DNA from: Candidatus Bathyarchaeia archaeon | Lineage (GTDB): Archaea > Thermoproteota > Bathyarchaeia > Bathyarchaeales > Bathycorpusculaceae | Assembly: GCA_049969855.1 (NCBI GenBank) | Contig: JBMFOB010000020.1 | Location: forward strand, 1 to 20,100 | DNA length: 20,100 nucleotides | Direction: 5' to 3' | In this document: positions 16,635-20,100 of the stretch, piece after piece | Layout: each line of letters opens with the position of its first letter | Numbering within the stretch: the first letter of the stretch is position 1 | Position numbers and translations under genes: made by a program | The notes under the pieces: model-generated | What the model was told of the DNA's origin: nothing | Database searches by the model: none | The model's input: the letters and a program-made list of their open reading frames with translations, nothing else

Positions 16635-17882
16635 TTATGGCCATAAGCCCAGCGTTTTTATTGCTTCTGCTACTCTTCCAACGCCAAGCATTAAGGCTGC
16701 TGTTCGCATGTCGCTTTCTTCTTTCTTAGTTATGTTGTAAACATCGTTGAAAGCCTTAACTATTTTATTTTCCAGTTTCTGATTTACCTCTTCTACCGTC
16801 CAGTGTTCTCGTGTTAGATTTTGAACCCATTCATAGTAGCTTGCTGTCACACCGCCTGAGTTGGCCAATATGTCTGGAACGAGCATTATTCCTTTTTCAT
16901 TAAGCATTTTGTCAGCTTCTGGGGTTGTTGGTCCGTTGGCGCCTTCTGCCACTATTTTTGCTTTTATCTTGTCTGCGTTAGCCTTCGTAATTTGGTTCTC
17001 CAAGGCTGCTGGAATTAGTATGTCGCATTTTGTTTCAAGAAGCTCCTCGTTTGTTATGTTCTTACATCCTTTATAGTTAATCACAGAACCCGTCTTGGAT
17101 TTATGTTCGTAAACCGCGTATGGGTTTAAGCCTTCTAGGCAGTAGATTCCTCCTGCAGAATCGCTTACTGCCACAACTTTGCAACCCATATCGTAGGCTA
17201 TTTTTGCAGCATTCCAACCCACATTCCCATAACCTTGAACAGCAACTGTTGCCCCTTTAAACCTTAAGCCCGCAACCTTTGCGGCTTCCCTTGCACAAAC
17301 AACCACGCCCAGTGATGTGGCTTCAGCTCTTCCTTCTGAACCACCTATGCTTATCGGTTTTCCTGTTACGCATTCTGGAACACTGTAACCTTTGAATTGG
17401 CTGTAGGTGTCCATTATCCACGCCATTGTTTGGACGTCTGTGTAGACGTCTGGTGCTGGTACATCGCGGTATGGTCCGATAACGTCTAAAATTAAGCTTG
17501 TGTATCGCCTTGTAAGGCGTTCCAATTCGCCTTGGGACATTTCTTTTGGATTGCAGCACACTCCGCCCTTTGCACCACCATATGGTATATCTACGACGGC
17601 GCATTTCCAAGTCATCCACATTGCCAAAGCAGTGACTTCGTCGAGTGAAACGTTTGGGTGATATCTTATTCCGCCTTTAAATGGTCCTCTTGCATCGTTA
17701 TGTTGTACGCGGCAACCAAGGAAAGTTCCAATTTTGCCGTTATCCATTTTTATTGTGACGGAGACGATAAGTGAGCGTTTTGGGTGTTTTAGCATTTCAT
17801 GTATTCCAGGGTCAAGCTTTAATTTTTCAGCAGCTATTCTTAACTGTTCTAATGCTGTGTCTAATGCTGACTGTTCTTTCAT
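16635..17882 (-). CDS. gdhA: Glutamate dehydrogenase (Glu/Leu/Phe/Val dehydrogenase family)
   Basis: RVQHNDARGPFKGGIRYHP, MTWKCAV, YGGAKGG, DVPAPD, TGKP...GGSEGR, QGYGNVG, EGANGPTT, PDILANSGGV..SYYEWVQN. AGGAG SD upstream. Confidence 0.96.
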   Translation of the reverse strand: MKEQSALDTALEQLRIAAEKLKLDPGIHEMLKHPKRSLIVSVTIKMDNGKIGTFLGCRVQHNDARGPFKGGIRYHPNVSLDEVTALAMWMTWKCAVVDIPYGGAKGGVCCNPKEMSQGELERLTRRYTSLILDVIGPYRDVPAPDVYTDVQTMAWIMDTYSQFKGYSVPECVTGKPISIGGSEGRAEATSLGVVVCAREAAKVAGLRFKGATVAVQGYGNVGWNAAKIAYDMGCKVVAVSDSAGGIYCLEGLNPYAVYEHKSKTGSVINYKGCKNITNEELLETKCDILIPAALENQITKANADKIKAKIVAEGANGPTTPEADKMLNEKGIMLVPDILANSGGVTASYYEWVQNLTREHWTVEEVNQKLENKIVKAFNDVYNITKKEESDMRTAALMLGVGRVAEAIKTLGLWP

Positions 17883-17988
17883 AAAATCTCCTTCTTCTTT
17901 AACATGTTTTGTTTGAATTGTTATTTAATATTTTAAGCATAAGTAGTTTGGCTTCGACGTGTAAAATTTAGAAAAAGAGGATGGGATG

Positions 17989-19596
17989 TTATTCTAAGAT
18001 CTTTTCGACTGCGTCCTTTTCTGCTTCGTGAGGCAGTGGTATGCCCGTAACCTTTGCAGCGGTTTCGCTTAAACTCATCAAGTCATTTCTGTTAATAAGT
18101 TCAAGTTTCCATTTTCTGTTGCCGGCGAGAAGCTGTTTCAGTCCGACGCCTATGCGGTCTGTGAGATACGTGTATAGAGCGACGGCTTCCCATGGTATCT
18201 CTTTGAAGCGTTCGCCATATTTTGCTTCCAATTCTGGAACTGCAATGAAGAACTTTTCCGGTGTGTTGCCGTATCTGTCTGCGAAGGTTTTTGGCAATTT
18301 ACCCTCTTGGGCTAATTGTTTGAAGTAGTTTGCTTTCATCACGGCTGTTAATGGTGAGCGTCCCATTAGAACTGCTTTTACGAAGGGTCCGTCTCCGAAG
18401 TTGCTCATGGCTATGGCTTTGAAAATCTGCGTTTCGTTTATGAAGCCTCCAGCCATTATTAGGTCTGGCACATAACGTCCTTTCTTCTTTAGTATTTGGG
18501 CGCATTTTAGGACTATAGTTTCTAGGTAAATTGTTGGGATGCTCATTTCATCCATCATTGGAACTGGGCTCATGCCTGTTCCGCCTCCTGCTCCGTCGAA
18601 GTATACGGCGTCGATTTTGGCTTCTGAGGCTATTTTCATTGTGTATGCGACGGCTGAGGGTCTGTATGCGCCTGTTTTTAATGTGACATGTTTTGCTCCT
18701 TGCTGGCGTAGCCATTCTATGTCTTCTATCATGTTCTTTTCTTTTGGTATGCCAACCCTGCTGTGTCTTTCGAAGGATTTGAACACGCCATCTTTGAAGG
18801 CTTGCTGCACGGTTGGGTCTTCTGGGTCTGGAATTACTATGTAGCCTCTTTTCTTCAGCATGATGGCTTTTTCTAAGTCTCTTACGCGCACTTCGCCTCC
18901 GATGGCTTTTGCGCCTTGTCCCCATTTTCTTTCGATAATGTTTACTTCCAGTTTTGATATGGCATATACGTCTACGCCTAGTCTTTGGTCTTCAACATTT
19001 GTTTGTACTGCTATGTCGCCGTATTTTCCATCCCAGAACTTTCTGAACAAGTCTACTCTGCGCTTTAATTCTTTCGAGTATGTTACTTTGCCTTTTGTGA
19101 ATTGTGCTTCTGGATCCATGCCACAAACGTTTTCTCCAACCACTATTATTGCTCCTGAGAGGGCTGAGCCTATTGCTAAGCCTTCCCAGTTTAGTCTTGC
19201 AACGTCTGTTGAGCCGAAGGCGCCATTTAATATTGGGACTTTGAGGGGTATGCCTGCGACTTTTGTTTCTATGTTAACATTTGGGAAGATGGCAACATCT
19301 GAGTTTTCTTCGATTCCCAATGCTTCGAATAAGCCGGCTTGAATGTTGAAGTGGGACCAGTCTAACCCGAAATCTTTGAGGGCTCCAGCTGTGCTGTATC
19401 CGAATTGGACTGGTTCTGGGTAGAGGGCTTCTCTTCCTCTGAAGGCTGATAAGCCTATTTCGCACAGTATCGGACAGTCGCGGATGCAAATGGGGCACAT
19501 TCCACTTGTTGGGCTTGTATCTTTGACGCGGGTCATTGTTCCTGTTGTTGATTTCCCATTCAAATACGCACTATTCCTTTGAACACGTTCAGTCAT
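17989..19596 (-). CDS. Stand-alone FMN-binding glutamate synthase family protein (GltB FMN-domain homologue) with an N-terminal Cys4 motif
   Basis: ERKWGQGAK..GGE, FDGAGGGTGMSP, MAGGF and MGR match GltB FMN-domain motifs. N-terminal CPICIRDCPILC. AAGGTGA SD precedes ATG 19596, so the track's GTG start at 19605 lies inside the SD. Confidence 0.85.
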   Translation of the reverse strand: MTERVQRNSAYLNGKSTTGTMTRVKDTSPTSGMCPICIRDCPILCEIGLSAFRGREALYPEPVQFGYSTAGALKDFGLDWSHFNIQAGLFEALGIEENSDVAIFPNVNIETKVAGIPLKVPILNGAFGSTDVARLNWEGLAIGSALSGAIIVVGENVCGMDPEAQFTKGKVTYSKELKRRVDLFRKFWDGKYGDIAVQTNVEDQRLGVDVYAISKLEVNIIERKWGQGAKAIGGEVRVRDLEKAIMLKKRGYIVIPDPEDPTVQQAFKDGVFKSFERHSRVGIPKEKNMIEDIEWLRQQGAKHVTLKTGAYRPSAVAYTMKIASEAKIDAVYFDGAGGGTGMSPVPMMDEMSIPTIYLETIVLKCAQILKKKGRYVPDLIMAGGFINETQIFKAIAMSNFGDGPFVKAVLMGRSPLTAVMKANYFKQLAQEGKLPKTFADRYGNTPEKFFIAVPELEAKYGERFKEIPWEAVALYTYLTDRIGVGLKQLLAGNRKWKLELINRNDLMSLSETAAKVTGIPLPHEAEKDAVEKILE

Positions 19597-19732
19597 TTTG
19601 TTCACCTTTACATTTGCAAACTTTCAGATATGAGGGGTTATTTGGATATACATTTAAACGTTACTTTAAAAGAGCGGTAAAATGAACATTTATGTACACG
19701 AATTTCTTTAATCCTTGCCTATAACTAGGCAT

Positions 19733-20098
19733 TTAGGGAATATCTATCTGCAACCCATTAACCGTATACTCACGCCTTTGGTACGTTTTAGGGGTATACC
19801 TTCCGCCAGCCTTTTTAACTCTTAAAAAGTTCTTTTCGTCTTGTTTAGAAAGGTCTATGACCACCTGTGTCATGTGTTCAATTATGGCGCAAAACTCTTT
19901 TGGGTGAGCATTCTTTGCCATTGTCCAATAGGCGAGGGTTTGATAAGCATACAATGCGGGGCACACATGTCCAAAGAAGGCTTTAACGGCGTCTCTTCCC
20001 CAGTTATGCTCCATAATAGATAAACTGTTAAAAACAAGTCTTGTTCCAGGAGTTACGAATTCTCTTTCGATTCTTCCGAAAAAGTGGTGGAAACGGTC
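19733..20098 (-). CDS. C-terminal part of a RecA/KaiC/RAD55-like ATPase-fold domain protein, probably degenerate; the gene starts beyond the window end
   Basis: The frame is open to the window edge: DRFHHFFGRIEREFVTPGTRLVFNSLSIMEHNWGRDAVKAFFGHVCPALYAYQTLAYWTMAKNAH...IEHMTQVVIDL....NFLRVKKAGG. RLVFNSLS resembles the KaiC-type Walker B R(I/L)VIDSLS, and the downstream H..(D/Q)VVI.L and L.V.K..G pattern fits the same fold. Confidence 0.55.
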   Translation of the reverse strand, partial: DRFHHFFGRIEREFVTPGTRLVFNSLSIMEHNWGRDAVKAFFGHVCPALYAYQTLAYWTMAKNAHPKEFCAIIEHMTQVVIDLSKQDEKNFLRVKKAGGRYTPKTYQRREYTVNGLQIDIP

Positions 20099-20100
20099 CG

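Noticed and set aside
18041-19342. + strand ORFs of 95-160 aa opposite the GltB-like gene
   Set aside because: Antisense shadows of a codon-biased gene, with no independent start signals or motifs.
20043-20095. GTTCCAG...GTGGAAAC fragments resembling an ORB origin box
   Set aside because: The halves are not adjacent, lie inside an open reading frame and are not repeated.
1-20100. tRNA, rRNA, C/D-box sRNA, CRISPR array, IS element or intein
   Set aside because: Intergenic gaps are short (at most about 215 nt) with no cloverleaf, box C/D pair or spaced repeats visible by eye. MCM and the primase subunits show no intein-sized insertion. A covariance-model scan would be needed to exclude small RNAs fully.

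Overview
Archaeal chromosomal window, probably from the TACK group and plausibly Bathyarchaeia. That placement is inferred from gene content: separate Gins15 and Gins23, a Gins23-MCM pair, a thaumarchaeosortase-like protein and the style of the pilin. The backbone is the conserved archaeal replication/translation cluster: priL (5'-truncated), priS, gins15, rpl44e, rps27e, aIF-2alpha, nop10 and a PAC2-family gene, converging on gins23-mcm. It is interrupted at three junctions by cell-envelope genes: (i) GT2, GT2, GT4 and a DUF2079-like membrane protein, (ii) an archaeosortase/exosortase-family gene coupled to a SAM methyltransferase with two frameshifts, and (iii) UDP-GlcNAc 2-epimerase and a type IV pilin/archaellin-like gene. 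The right end carries a co-oriented trio of a degenerate KaiC/RAD55-like domain protein (partial), an atypical stand-alone FMN-binding glutamate-synthase-family protein and glutamate dehydrogenase. No tRNA, rRNA, CRISPR array or transposase was seen. All assignments come from motif recognition by eye, and no searches were run.
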